A program made the position numbers and the translations under genes. A model generated the notes under the pieces. That model was not told the DNA's origin, made no database searches, and was given only the letters and a program-made list of their open reading frames with translations. This document shows, one piece after another, positions 37,649 to 47,579 of a DNA stretch of 64,000 nt (positions are counted from its first letter, which is position 1; each line of letters starts with the position of its first letter). Source of the DNA: Spirochaetia bacterium (GTDB lineage Bacteria; Spirochaetota; Spirochaetia; SZUA-6; Bin103); assembly GCA_965208575.1 (NCBI GenBank), contig CBDBOV010000005.1, positions 992,001 to 1,056,000 on the forward strand, given 5' to 3'.

Positions 37649-38752
37649 ATGAACACTGAAGCACACCGCACGGGCATGACCGCGGTCTCACCCGCCGACG
37701 GTCCGATCGGCGTCACCGGCGCAAGCGGGTATATCGGCTCCTGGATCGTCTACGATCTGATGGCGCAAGGCTACCGCGTCCACGCCTGCGTGCGCGACTT
37801 GAATAATCCTGCGAAGGTCGAGCATCTGACCGCGCTCAACAACAATCGCGACCTTCGTGGGGAGGTCGAGCTGTTTCGTGGCGAGCTGTTCGAGCGCGGC
37901 AGCTACGACGAGGCGTTCGCAGGTTGCAGCGCGGTGCTGCACGCCGGCGCGACAGTCGGATACAACCGTGAAACGCCGCAAGAGGTGTACGACGGCTGCT
38001 TCACCGAGAACGACCACGTGCTCGCCGCGGCGCGAAAGTCCGGCAATCTCAAACGCTTCGTCTTCACCAGCTCGTTCGCCGCCGTCAGCCATCCGCGACC
38101 GGCAGGGTACGTGTTCACCGAGAAGGACTGGTGTGGCGACAACCTCGAGGCCTATCGCGGTAGCTGGACCGAGGATCGTATTCCGGAAAACCGCGATCTC
38201 GCCTACGCCATGGCCAAGGCCAACACCGAGCGCATGATCTACCAGGCGGCCGAACAGGACGGCAGCTTCGACGCGATGGCCATCCTGCCGGTGCACGTGA
38301 TCGGCCCGCTGATGAGCGCCAACCATGACCAGGGCTGGAGCTGGCAGAACTGCATGAAGTTCATGATGGCGGGGCAGCCCTACAAGAAGACGCCCGGCGG
38401 CCGCATGCTGTGGAACATCGTCGACGTGCGCGACGCGGGCAAGGCGCACCGCCTCACGGCCGAGAGCACCACGGCGACGAATGGGTCGCGCTACATCCTG
38501 GCGGCCAGGGACCGCTCCGGGGAACTCTTCACCTGGCAGTTGCGGCAGCGCCTCCACCAGCTGTTCCCGGGGGTGCAAGAGATAGGCGGCGAGGAGATGG
38601 ATGGCGATCGGCCCGCCAAGGACACCCACGATGCGCCGCGCTCGTATTGCCTGCTGGCGATGCAGGAACTCGGCCTGGTGCCCCACGACGCCGACGACAC
38701 CATCCGCGCGACCATCGATTCATACTACGGGCTCGGGCTGATTCCCGTATAG
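37649..38752 (+). CDS. NAD-dependent epimerase / aldehyde reductase-like extended SDR
   Basis: VTGASGYIG, FTSSFAA, YAMAK, VDVRD. Confidence 0.87.
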   Translation: MNTEAHRTGMTAVSPADGPIGVTGASGYIGSWIVYDLMAQGYRVHACVRDLNNPAKVEHLTALNNNRDLRGEVELFRGELFERGSYDEAFAGCSAVLHAGATVGYNRETPQEVYDGCFTENDHVLAAARKSGNLKRFVFTSSFAAVSHPRPAGYVFTEKDWCGDNLEAYRGSWTEDRIPENRDLAYAMAKANTERMIYQAAEQDGSFDAMAILPVHVIGPLMSANHDQGWSWQNCMKFMMAGQPYKKTPGGRMLWNIVDVRDAGKAHRLTAESTTATNGSRYILAARDRSGELFTWQLRQRLHQLFPGVQEIGGEEMDGDRPAKDTHDAPRSYCLLAMQELGLVPHDADDTIRATIDSYYGLGLIPV

Positions 38753-38757
38753 GAGCG

Positions 38758-39693
38758 TTATACGGACCCGGCGCCACCGGCATCGGCGCCGAGACGCCCG
38801 CCGCCCCGCAGCCGTGGGTCGAGCAGATCCCGGAGGGCATCGCCGAACATGTTGAGACTGTACACGACAATCGTCAGGAACAACCCCGGCCACAGCGCCA
38901 GCCAGGGCGCCTGCTCCATGTACTGTCGCCCTTCCGTGCTGAGCAGGCTGCCCCAGTCGGGACTCCCGGGGGGCAGCCCGAAGCCGAGGAAACTCAGCGA
39001 AGCCAGGCTCAGGATGTGGCCGCCGATGCTGATGCTGAACACGATGATCACTACCGGCATGATATTGGGCACGACATGTCGGATCAGGGTCCCCGCTCTG
39101 CGCTTGCCGATCGCGCCCGCCGCCAGAAAGTAGTCATTCTCCTTGATCGCGATCACGGCGCTTCTGATTACTCTGGAGCCGCCGATGCCGCCGCTTATCC
39201 CCATGACCAGTATGATCTGTAGTATGCCCGGCCCCACTATCGACATGATGGTCAACAGCAGCAGCAGGCCCGGAAAGACTATCCAGGCATCGACAAACCT
39301 CTGCACCATGATGTCGAACTTGCCGCCGAGGAATCCGGAAGTGCCGCCGATCAGGGTACTGATCACCGTACTCAGAGCGGTGATGGACAGGCCGATCAGG
39401 ATCGACAGACGACCCCCCAGGATCAGGCGGCTCAGGAAGTCGCGCCCGACGTGGTCGGTGCCCAGGAGATACTGGGCGGATGAGGGCTGAAGCCGGTCTC
39501 GCAAGTGGATTTCGGCAGGGGGATACGGGGTCAGCGCATCGGCAAAGATCGCCACCAGGATCCAGACCAGGATGATCAACGCGCCGAACGCCCCCAGGGG
39601 CTTCTCCTTTACCAGCCGGACGAGGAACTCGGTCAGTCGGCCCCGTCGTTGGGGCTCACCGACGGCGGCTGGCGCCGCTGTGGCGTGGCTCAT
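38758..39693 (-). CDS. Peptide/nickel ABC permease (DppC-like)
   Basis: LLGTDHVGRD, RHVVPN, SLSFLGFG..P..PDWG, GDALRDLLDPR. Confidence 0.92.
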   Translation of the reverse strand: MSHATAAPAAVGEPQRRGRLTEFLVRLVKEKPLGAFGALIILVWILVAIFADALTPYPPAEIHLRDRLQPSSAQYLLGTDHVGRDFLSRLILGGRLSILIGLSITALSTVISTLIGGTSGFLGGKFDIMVQRFVDAWIVFPGLLLLLTIMSIVGPGILQIILVMGISGGIGGSRVIRSAVIAIKENDYFLAAGAIGKRRAGTLIRHVVPNIMPVVIIVFSISIGGHILSLASLSFLGFGLPPGSPDWGSLLSTEGRQYMEQAPWLALWPGLFLTIVVYSLNMFGDALRDLLDPRLRGGGRLGADAGGAGSV

Positions 39694-39716
39694 GGTTATG
39701 CTTTCCTCACCGGCGA

Positions 39717-40682
39717 CTATCGATACCGGACCCTGGGGTCCAGGTAGGGATAGACCAGGTCGGTCAGGAGAATGCTCAACATCACTATGGAGGCGTAGAA
39801 CAGGTTGACTCCGGAGACCACCGTGTAGTCGCGGAGTTGCAGGGCGTTCAGCAGGAGACGGCCGATCCCCGGCAGGTTGAAGATGTGCTCCATGATCACC
39901 GAGCCTCCGATCAGAAGCGGCAACTGCATGCCGATCAGGGTCACGACCGGGATCAGCGCATTCTTGATGGCGTGTCTCACAACCACCACCCGCTCGGTGA
40001 GCCCCTTTGACCAGGCGGTGCGCACGTAATCCAGCCGGAGCACTTCCAGCATCGTGGTGCGCATCATCCGCATGGTGCTGGCAGAAGCGGCGGTCCCCAG
40101 AATCAGGCTGGGGATGAGGAGCACGCCGAGATTGCCCAGCGGGTCTTCGCTGAGCGGAACCCACCGCATCGGGGGCGACCAGCCCCACCAGATGGCCGGG
40201 AAGATCATCACCATCAGGGCCAGCCAGAAGTTGGGCGCGGCCAAACCGAGGATGGCGAGCGAGCGCCCGGCGTAGTCGGCGACGCTGTCCTGGCGCACCG
40301 CCGAATAGATGCCGACCGGCAACGCGATCACCAACCCGATGACGATGGCCAGGATACCCAGTTCCAGGGTGACCGGCAGTCTCTCGATGATCCCCTTCTC
40401 CACCGGCCAATCCCCCATCAGCGAAGTGCCAAGGCTGCCGTGCAGGAAAATACCTCCCATCCAGCGTCCATACTGCACCCAGACCGGCACGTCCAGTCCC
40501 AGCATGCGCTCCAGCGCTTCCCGGTCGAACCCCTCCCCGGTACCGCCGGCCACCACCGTCATTGACTCCATGACGTCGATCACGTCGCCGGGGATGAAGC
40601 GCACCGAGAGAAACACGATGATGCTCACCAGGAACAGGGTGGGGATGATCAGTAATATCCGCCTGATGATATAGGCTCTCAT
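39717..40682 (-). CDS. Peptide/nickel ABC permease (DppB-like)
   Basis: MRAYIIRR, DYVRTAWSKGL, RHAIKNA, LDPRVR. Confidence 0.92.
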   Translation of the reverse strand: MRAYIIRRILLIIPTLFLVSIIVFLSVRFIPGDVIDVMESMTVVAGGTGEGFDREALERMLGLDVPVWVQYGRWMGGIFLHGSLGTSLMGDWPVEKGIIERLPVTLELGILAIVIGLVIALPVGIYSAVRQDSVADYAGRSLAILGLAAPNFWLALMVMIFPAIWWGWSPPMRWVPLSEDPLGNLGVLLIPSLILGTAASASTMRMMRTTMLEVLRLDYVRTAWSKGLTERVVVVRHAIKNALIPVVTLIGMQLPLLIGGSVIMEHIFNLPGIGRLLLNALQLRDYTVVSGVNLFYASIVMLSILLTDLVYPYLDPRVRYR

Positions 40683-40778
40683 CTCGCACACCTCATCGCG
40701 GCGTAATCCGAAGTGGACCGGGCAGGCAGTTCTTCTGCCTTGCTGCCCGGTCCACTTCGCGTACTTCCCGTCGGCCTG

Positions 40779-42572
40779 CTACTGGCTCATGGCCTTCACT
40801 TCCTGGTCAATCCAGAGCCGGGCGTAGATGGGAGCGCTGTTGCACTGGTTGCACAACTCGCCTTCACCGTTGTAACCGATGACCCATGGCTGCGCCGCGG
40901 TGAACTGCGGGATCTTGGGACCCCATATGATCTCGTGCTTCTGTATCATGAGCATGTCGCACTCTTTGACCAGCCGCGCCTCCTCCTCATAGCTGGTGGC
41001 GGCCATGATCGCTTCATGCAAGGCCGTTTGCGCCGGATCATCCGGAACCTTCATGTAATGCGTCGCATCCGTATAGCACATGCCGGCAGGAGGATAGTCC
41101 AACCCCAGGAACCCCATGGCCAGCCCGGGCCAGGACGCGTCCCTGGCCTGGACCATCCAGGAAGGATGGTCCATCGGGTCCTTCTCCGCAGCAATGCCAA
41201 CCTCCGCCAAGTAGGCTATGACGATGTCGTAATAGCCCGTATCGTGGTAGGAACCGACGAATACCATGGGCAGTTCGAATCTCGTGCCGTCCTCGCCGCG
41301 CGGATACCCGGCCTCGTCGAGCAGCCGTTCGGCACCCTCCGGGTCATAGCGCCAGTATTGCTTGATCTCCTCCGGCCACTCTTCGAACGGGTTGTTGTAC
41401 CCGCCGAGGATATTGTCCCCGACTCGCCCTTGGGGCTCCCACTTGCCATAACCCTGGAAGTAGGTATCGTTGATGGTCTCAAGGTCCAACGCCATCTGTA
41501 TGGCGTGGCGCACGCGGATGTCGTCGGTGGGCGAGGGCACGAAAGGATTGTAAGCCCGGTAACTGTAGTTGGACCGATAATCCCACGGGTAGAGCCTGAT
41601 CTCGGGGTTGGTCTCCTGCAGGCTTTCCGCCATTTCGACATTGGCAAAGGAAGCCGCCGTGATGAGCATGTCAAGCTTGCCCGAGCGCAGTGCCGCGGCG
41701 ACGGTTGCCGGTTCCCGAATGATCAGGTTCGTCAACTCGTCGGTATAGGGCAAGCGGTTCTCGGGGTATTTCTCGTCGAAGCCCCAGTAGTTGGGATTCC
41801 TGGTATAGGTAATCGAGCTCTCTTCGACCCAGTCCGTTATCTCATAGGGCCCGGTGCCCACCAGGTTCTGCCAGTCCGCTCTGTTGATGTTGCCGTCTCG
41901 CTTGATTACCTCGGGGGGCATCATGTGCGCATTGTTGGCGATCTTCAACGGCCCATCGAGGATGGGATGCTTCAACTTGAACACCACCGTTCGTTCGTCG
42001 GGGGCCGTTACCGATTCGAGCGGCAAGGCCGCGCTGCGACCGCCCGCATAGCTGGGGCTCGGTTCGGTAAAGCCACTGCCCAGACCGAGAAAACGGTGAT
42101 AGTTGAATACGATGTCATCGGCAGTCAACTCCCGGCCGTTCATCGGTTCCTTGTCGTGCCAGTGAACGCCCTCGCGGATGCGGAATACGTACGTCAGCGG
42201 GTCGGAAACGTCCCAGCTTTCCGCGAGCTGACCGGTCAGGACCGAGGTCGGCAGATACACCGGGGCAAAGTCGAACGTGTCCCGGCTTATTCCCCAGTCC
42301 GCGATGGCGAGCGTCTCGTTGACGCCGCCGATGAAATACGCCGCCCCGCAGCAATAGGCTGCGTCTATCGAGTTCTCTGCATATCCCGGCTGGGAATAGG
42401 TGATTGTCCCGCCGTATTGTGGCGCGGTCACCATCTTGCCGGTGGTGGGGTCGGTCACCATTTCCTTCTCGGCGGCGGCCGCCGGTGCCTCTTCGCTGGC
42501 AGCGGCCCAGAGGCCGGTCGCGGTCAGAACGAGGACCAACGCAACCGCGAAGGTCTTTGTTGCAGTGTGCAT
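40779..42572 (-). CDS. ABC substrate-binding protein, family 5
   Basis: Signal peptide, PQYGG, LAESW, WHDKEPMNGRELTADD, VGTGPY, RVRHAI..ALD. Confidence 0.92.
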   Translation of the reverse strand: MHTATKTFAVALVLVLTATGLWAAASEEAPAAAAEKEMVTDPTTGKMVTAPQYGGTITYSQPGYAENSIDAAYCCGAAYFIGGVNETLAIADWGISRDTFDFAPVYLPTSVLTGQLAESWDVSDPLTYVFRIREGVHWHDKEPMNGRELTADDIVFNYHRFLGLGSGFTEPSPSYAGGRSAALPLESVTAPDERTVVFKLKHPILDGPLKIANNAHMMPPEVIKRDGNINRADWQNLVGTGPYEITDWVEESSITYTRNPNYWGFDEKYPENRLPYTDELTNLIIREPATVAAALRSGKLDMLITAASFANVEMAESLQETNPEIRLYPWDYRSNYSYRAYNPFVPSPTDDIRVRHAIQMALDLETINDTYFQGYGKWEPQGRVGDNILGGYNNPFEEWPEEIKQYWRYDPEGAERLLDEAGYPRGEDGTRFELPMVFVGSYHDTGYYDIVIAYLAEVGIAAEKDPMDHPSWMVQARDASWPGLAMGFLGLDYPPAGMCYTDATHYMKVPDDPAQTALHEAIMAATSYEEEARLVKECDMLMIQKHEIIWGPKIPQFTAAQPWVIGYNGEGELCNQCNSAPIYARLWIDQEVKAMSQ

Positions 42573-42695
42573 AACTCACTCCAGATGTGTGATTCCGAGA
42601 GCAGTGCGTGGCGAATTGCCGCTCCCTGCGCTCTCAGCGCCCGCAACGCGGGCGGCAAGCAGAGACGACAACGTGGAGCCGATGGGGAACTGTGC

Positions 42696-42734
42696 CGCGC
42701 GCGGCGTGTGACTCACGGGTGCACGCCGCGCGCG
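42696..42734. promoter_or_regulatory. Perfect 13-bp hairpin in the leader of the ABC operon
   Basis: CGCGCGCGGCGTG-N13-CACGCCGCGCGCG. Confidence 0.45.
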
Positions 42735-43007
42735 CGTTGAGGTTCTTTGCGTATCAAGTGCACCTCCTGAGCGCCGGAAATCGGCGGGGTGTGGCGAATG
42801 TGATTGACTGGCAACGGCGGCCGGCGGTCGGTTCTGCGACGGTGAGTCGGGGAGCGGGACCCAGGAGGTTTGCGATGGTAAGCGAACGAAGGTGGACTGA
42901 GCCGGTGCCGCGCGGAGCCGGCCGCGGCCCCGGCGCTGCCGGCGAAGGCGCCCGAGCGGCGATCAGCCGTGGAGGTTAAAGGTTTCTCGTATAAAGAGTT
43001 GCCCCCC

Positions 43008-43027
43008 GGGGGGGGGGGGGGGGGGGG
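43008..43027 (+). repeat. G20 homopolymer
   Basis: 20 consecutive G after C6, intergenic; may be a sequencing or assembly artefact. Confidence 0.8.
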
Positions 43028-43194
43028 CGAGGGGCGTACCGGTTGCGTCAACTGGTAGCAGTTCTGAGTGCTATGGTCGCGCATGGTCGGCATGGGTCCG
43101 AAACCCCTCAGTCAGTGACCATGCACCATCCGATCCCGTCCGTCAACTGCTCGTTCTGCGCGTCTCTGCGCGTCTGGGTGGTCCGGGTGCGTCC

Positions 43195-44001
43195 CTACAA
43201 CTTGTACATGAACCCGCCGCCGACCTCGATGGTCTCGCCCGTGATGAAGCGGGCGTCCGCGGAACTGAGGAACAGGATCATGTTGGCGATGTCATCGGCC
43301 TGGAGCTGGCCGTCCAGGACCTGCAGCAGGTCGCGCAGTCCCTCGAGCCAGTGATGGCCCTGCTTGTCTACGATGAGCTGCGGACGGATCGCATTGACCC
43401 TGATGTGGTGCGGCCCGCCCATGCTGGCGGTGACGCGGGTCAGGCCTTCGAGTCCGGCCTTGGACGCATAGTAGCTAGACACGTCGAAGCCCCCACCAAC
43501 TTCCAGGAGCCTGGTCGTAAAGCCGCCGCCGGCGGCCCCCGACGATATGTTGGTGATGACCCCGCCTCCGGCTTCCACCAGGTGCGGCCACACCGCCCGG
43601 GTCATGTAGAAGGGACCGGTCAGGTTGGTACCGACAACGCGATCCCAGGTCTCGTTGTCTTCCAGCCGCATCGGTTCCCCGGCTCTGCCGCCGAGCGCGC
43701 CGCCGCCGGCGTTGTTCACCAGTATCTGCACGCCGCCGTAGGCTTCGACCGTCTGCGCCACCGCGGCCTCGACCGAAGCATGGTCGCTTACGTCGCAGGT
43801 CACGAAGGTGGCGTCGCCGCCGGCCGCGCGAATCTCGTCCTGCACGGCTCGACCCTTGTCCTGCCCTCTGGCCAGCAACGCGACCTTGGCGCCCGCGCGC
43901 GCCAGTACCTTGCCGGTGGCTTCACCGATCCCGCTGTTGCCGCCGGTAACGATGGCGACCCTGCCATCCAGTCTGTGTGCCCCATCCGGTCTGTGTGCCA
44001 T
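43195..44001 (-). CDS. Short-chain dehydrogenase/reductase
   Basis: TGGNSGIG, NNAG, YYASK, ITGE...V.GG. Confidence 0.92.
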   Translation of the reverse strand: MAHRPDGAHRLDGRVAIVTGGNSGIGEATGKVLARAGAKVALLARGQDKGRAVQDEIRAAGGDATFVTCDVSDHASVEAAVAQTVEAYGGVQILVNNAGGGALGGRAGEPMRLEDNETWDRVVGTNLTGPFYMTRAVWPHLVEAGGGVITNISSGAAGGGFTTRLLEVGGGFDVSSYYASKAGLEGLTRVTASMGGPHHIRVNAIRPQLIVDKQGHHWLEGLRDLLQVLDGQLQADDIANMILFLSSADARFITGETIEVGGGFMYKL

Positions 44002-44178
44002 TGTGCCTCACCGCCTCGTAGATCCCACGCCGGGTCGGATACTTCAGCATACTCCGGATCGAACAGCGGCGAGAACGCCGGCACGACCGGTTCGGTTTGC
44101 CCTGTTTGCACCAACTGCCAGAACTGTCAGGTGGAGGGCACACGGACCAGCCGGCTTCGCGTATGCTGAAAGCGTCCA

Positions 44179-44262
44179 ATGCACGACGAGAACTACAAGC
44201 GGATCTTCGCCTCCCCGCGCGTAATCGAGGATCTCCTGCGGGGCTTCGTCCCCGGCGACTGG
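44179..44262 (+). pseudogene. N-terminal remnant of an Rpn/YhgA-like (Transposase_31) nuclease
   Basis: MHDENYKRIFASPRVIEDLLRGFVPGDW matches the HD..YK..F..P..V.DLLRGF start, then similarity ends. Confidence 0.65.
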
Positions 44263-44447
44263 CCGCACGACGCCGGCGCCCGGCATGGCGCCAACGGAGC
44301 TGAGCCAGCGCCGCGGATTCGCCGCGCGCAGGTAGGCTGTCGAACCGGCCCTTCAACCAACCACCATGACGCCCTTGTGTAGTGCCGCTGCAGGCCGGCC
44401 GGGCCGGGATAGCGAGGTTCGGTCGACAGGCGGGAGTGATGTCCGGG

Positions 44448-44478
44448 CTTCCCTGTCACGGAGTGTTCGTGCAGACTC
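44448..44478 (-). repeat. Dispersed element copy C (left end)
   Basis: Reverse complement GAGTCTGCACGAACACTCCGTGACAGGGAAG matches copy A at 28/31; lies 9 nt before the malate synthase ATG. Confidence 0.65.
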
Positions 44479-44487
44479 TCACGCGGT

Positions 44488-46377
44488 ATGAGCAAGGCGA
44501 CCCCGACCCTGGAGATTCGCGCGCACCTGGAGCGCGAGTATGAAGACGTGTACACCTCGGAGGTGCTCGACGCACTGCACGCCCTCGCCGGGTTCAACGA
44601 GCAGCGCAGGCGGCTGATGCGCGAGCGCATCGAGCGGCGGAGCCGGCGGGCGCGGGAAGGGGAGCGCATCGGCTTCCTCTTACCCGGCGCCACCATCGCC
44701 GGCACCGGCATCGGTGTGCAGGCGGCGCGCGTCGGCCGCTTCGCCGGCAGCGAGATACCGCACGACCTGCAGCGGCAGTGGATCCAGGGCACCGGCCCCG
44801 GCGCCAAGCCCAATACGCCGGTAGCTCGCAGCATCCGCAACGTCGCCTACGCGCTGCTGTCGGGGGCGGACGGCTGGATGTTCGACGGCGAGGATGCGCT
44901 CGGCCAGATCACCACCATGTCGCTTGACAACCAGCGCAACCTGCGCCTGGCGATCGCCGGCGACGACGTGTTCCTGAACGCCGCCGAGCAAGTGGCGGTC
45001 GGCATGAACACCTGGGGACAGAGCTTCTTCGGGCGCGCCATCGTCGACGACTGGCGGGCGCAGTTGGCGTTTACCACCAAGATCTTCCGCGCCCGCGGCC
45101 TGCACCTCGACGACCGCCACGTGCGCGAAGCGGGCGGTAGCGGGTTCTCGGCCTCCATCGTGGACGCCGTGATGTACGTGACCAACAACCACCGCCGCCT
45201 TGCGGAGCAGGGATCGTCGATCGTGCTCTACCTGCCCAAGATCCAGACCGCCGAGGAGGCGGCGCTGTGGGGCGCCATGCTCGACGCCCTGGAGGGCCAC
45301 CTCGGCATCGCCGCGGGGTCGATCAAGGCTTACGTGCTGGTCGAGCAACTGGAGGCGTCGTTCCAGCTCATGGAGATCCGCGCCGCCCTCGGGCAGCACT
45401 TCGTCGGCTTCAACACCGGGCGCTGGGACTACATCAACAGCGTCGCCGACGCCATGGCGTGGGACGGCTCGTTCATCAACCCCAACATCGACGCCATCCT
45501 GATGACCTACGGCTACATGCGCAACTACGAGGACCGCGTGCGGCGCGCCGTAAACACCGCGGATCAGAACGGCAACTACGCGCTGTGGCAGGGCGGCATG
45601 GAGCCCAACATCCCGGTCGGTTCGGAGGCTGGCGTGGAGGCGTCGATGAACAAGGCGGTGGCCGGCGGCGAGCGCGAGCAGCAGGCGGGCGCGAGCGGCA
45701 AGTGGGTGGCGCACTGGAAGATGGTGCACATCGTGCGCCCGGTGTGGGAGCGGGCGGGGGCGGCCAACCAGCTCGGGCGCGCGTTCCCGGCGCTCACCTA
45801 CACCGACGCGGACGCCGCCGGTCTGACCGAGCTGGAGGAGGCGCCGCGCACGGTGCGCGGGGCGCGCGACCTGCTGAGCGTGGCGCTGCAGTACGGCAAC
45901 GCGTTCGGGCAGGGCATGCAGGCCGCCGCCCTGAAGCCGGCCGACTCGTTCGGCGACGACGACGTGCTGTACCTGATGGAGGACATGGCCACCGGCGAGA
46001 TCCGCCTCAGCATCCTGTGGGAGTGGCTGCACAAGGGCGCCGCGCTCACCGCGGACGACCCCGACACCGGCCTGGCCGCCGGCACCCGCTTCACGGCGGA
46101 GATCTTCGAGCGCCTGCTGTCCGAGGAGTACGGCAAGCTGCAGGCCGCCGACAACCGCGACGTGCACGACGACTCCAAGCGCACCACGCTGCCGGTGGCG
46201 CGTGAGATCGCCGACGTGTACGTGCTCGACGGGGTAAAGACGCCGTGGTATATCGACCTCCTGAACATCAACCTCAACAACCACGACCTGGCCGAGGCCA
46301 AGCGGCGCATCGCGAGCTACGTGCAGGCGTTCCACCGCGACGGCACCCGCATCACCGAGAACCTCGACTTCGCCTAG
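44488..46377 (+). CDS. aceB: Malate synthase
   Basis: WMFDGED, RARGLHL, YLPKIQ..EEA.LW, LVEQ, NTGRWDY, WVAH, MEDMATGEI. Confidence 0.88.
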   Translation: MSKATPTLEIRAHLEREYEDVYTSEVLDALHALAGFNEQRRRLMRERIERRSRRAREGERIGFLLPGATIAGTGIGVQAARVGRFAGSEIPHDLQRQWIQGTGPGAKPNTPVARSIRNVAYALLSGADGWMFDGEDALGQITTMSLDNQRNLRLAIAGDDVFLNAAEQVAVGMNTWGQSFFGRAIVDDWRAQLAFTTKIFRARGLHLDDRHVREAGGSGFSASIVDAVMYVTNNHRRLAEQGSSIVLYLPKIQTAEEAALWGAMLDALEGHLGIAAGSIKAYVLVEQLEASFQLMEIRAALGQHFVGFNTGRWDYINSVADAMAWDGSFINPNIDAILMTYGYMRNYEDRVRRAVNTADQNGNYALWQGGMEPNIPVGSEAGVEASMNKAVAGGEREQQAGASGKWVAHWKMVHIVRPVWERAGAANQLGRAFPALTYTDADAAGLTELEEAPRTVRGARDLLSVALQYGNAFGQGMQAAALKPADSFGDDDVLYLMEDMATGEIRLSILWEWLHKGAALTADDPDTGLAAGTRFTAEIFERLLSEEYGKLQAADNRDVHDDSKRTTLPVAREIADVYVLDGVKTPWYIDLLNINLNNHDLAEAKRRIASYVQAFHRDGTRITENLDFA

Positions 46378-46392
46378 GCTTCCGGTAGTGCC

Positions 46393-46839
46393 ATGATCTA
46401 CGGCGCACTCGCCGACGGCGTCCTGCTCTTCCACTTCGCGTTCATCGTGTTCGTGGTGGCGGGCGGGGCGCTGGTGCTACGCTGGCGCTGGGTGGCGTGG
46501 CTGCACGTGCCGTCGTTCCTGTGGGGCGGGGTGATGGAGCTGGCCGGCTGGATCTGCCCGCTCACGCCGCTGGAACTGCACCTGCGCGCCCTGGCCGGCG
46601 CCGGCGGCTACGAGGTGCGCTTCCTGGAACACTACCTGCTGCGGCTCATCTACCCCGGCAGCCTGACCCGCGGCATGCAGATCGCCATCGGCATCGGCGT
46701 GCTCGCCATAAACGCTCTCATCTACGCCCGCCTCCTGCACCGGGCGCGGTCGCGCGCCCACACCGCAACGGAGCGGGCCGGTATCCGGAGGAAGTTCGGG
46801 AAGCCAGTTGCCCAGCAACGACCGCACTTGACTCCTTGA
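46393..46839 (+). CDS. DUF2784 family membrane protein
   Basis: LAD....HFAFI.FVV.G, WLH.P, CPLTPLE, F.EHYL..LIYP. Confidence 0.88.
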   Translation: MIYGALADGVLLFHFAFIVFVVAGGALVLRWRWVAWLHVPSFLWGGVMELAGWICPLTPLELHLRALAGAGGYEVRFLEHYLLRLIYPGSLTRGMQIAIGIGVLAINALIYARLLHRARSRAHTATERAGIRRKFGKPVAQQRPHLTP

Positions 46840-46870
46840 AGATAAGTATGAGTCACCTTCCGGCGGTCCG

Positions 46871-47200
46871 CTACTCCTCTGGGTGGGGCTGCCGTTCCAG
46901 CCGTGCGCGCAAGCGCACCAGTAGGTCCATCTTCTCATGCAGCACTGCCACGATAAGCGGAACTTCGTCTTCCCGCATCTGCGCAAACACGTAGTGGTGT
47001 TCACAGCGCGAGACGCAAATGTCGGACCGGTGCTCGAAGACGGGTCTGGTCAGGGTCTCACCAGCGCCGATCCCCTTGAGGTTGTTCTCCAGCACGGCTT
47101 CGTACCGGCCCATCTGGGCGAGGCCCCAGGTCTTCAACGTGTAGAGTGCGATGTCGTGCAGGTCGGCTTCGGCGTCCGGAGTGAGTTCGTAATCAGGCAT
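46871..47200 (-). CDS. parE: ParE/RelE family toxin
   Basis: YELTPDAEADL.DI..YT...WG..Q...Y, HYVF, IVAVLHE.MD. Confidence 0.9.
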   Translation of the reverse strand: MPDYELTPDAEADLHDIALYTLKTWGLAQMGRYEAVLENNLKGIGAGETLTRPVFEHRSDICVSRCEHHYVFAQMREDEVPLIVAVLHEKMDLLVRLRARLERQPHPEE

Positions 47201-47453
47201 CCGGGCTCGGGCCGGCCGTTTGGCGAGCCTGTCTGAAGATGCCTCCGACCGTTCGCTTGCTCGTGCCCTGTGCCGTCGCGCGGTCGATACGCTTGTCGAG
47301 CAGTTTCTCGAGCTCGGACAGATCGGCGTCCTGTGCCTGGTCGCCGATCGTCCGCGCGAGTACGAAGTGCTTGACGGACTGGCCGTTCAGCGCGGCCAGC
47401 GCCTTCAGTTTCCGGTGCTCGGCCTCGGTGACGTCGATGGAAATGCGGCTCAT
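47193..47453 (-). CDS. Antitoxin of the ParE toxin (RHH-like)
   Basis: MSRISIDVT...H.KLKA.AAL.GQS.K.FVL; overlaps the parE start. Confidence 0.82.
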   Translation of the reverse strand: MSRISIDVTEAEHRKLKALAALNGQSVKHFVLARTIGDQAQDADLSELEKLLDKRIDRATAQGTSKRTVGGIFRQARQTAGPSPDA

Positions 47454-47493
47454 GGCGGTCTCCCTACTGTGGTGCTTCCAGTATCGCACCAAT

Positions 47494-47518
47494 ACCCACA
47501 TTTTATCAAATTGTGGGT
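47494..47518. promoter_or_regulatory. Operator palindrome around the -10 of the antitoxin-parE operon
   Basis: ACCCACA-N11-TGTGGGT enclosing TGATAAAAT on the minus strand. Confidence 0.55.
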
Positions 47519-47579
47519 TTCTTCTGCTGCCGGTGGACGTGCGCCGGTCAAAGCGTGTACGCAGAGTCCGGGAGAGCAC

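Noticed and set aside
42875-42979. 34-aa plus-strand ORF with an AGGAGG SD
   Set aside because: No recognisable motif and adjacent to the suspect poly-G tract; cannot be supported.
44005-44170. Possible gene remnant upstream of the SDR gene
   Set aside because: No frame gave a family I could recognise.
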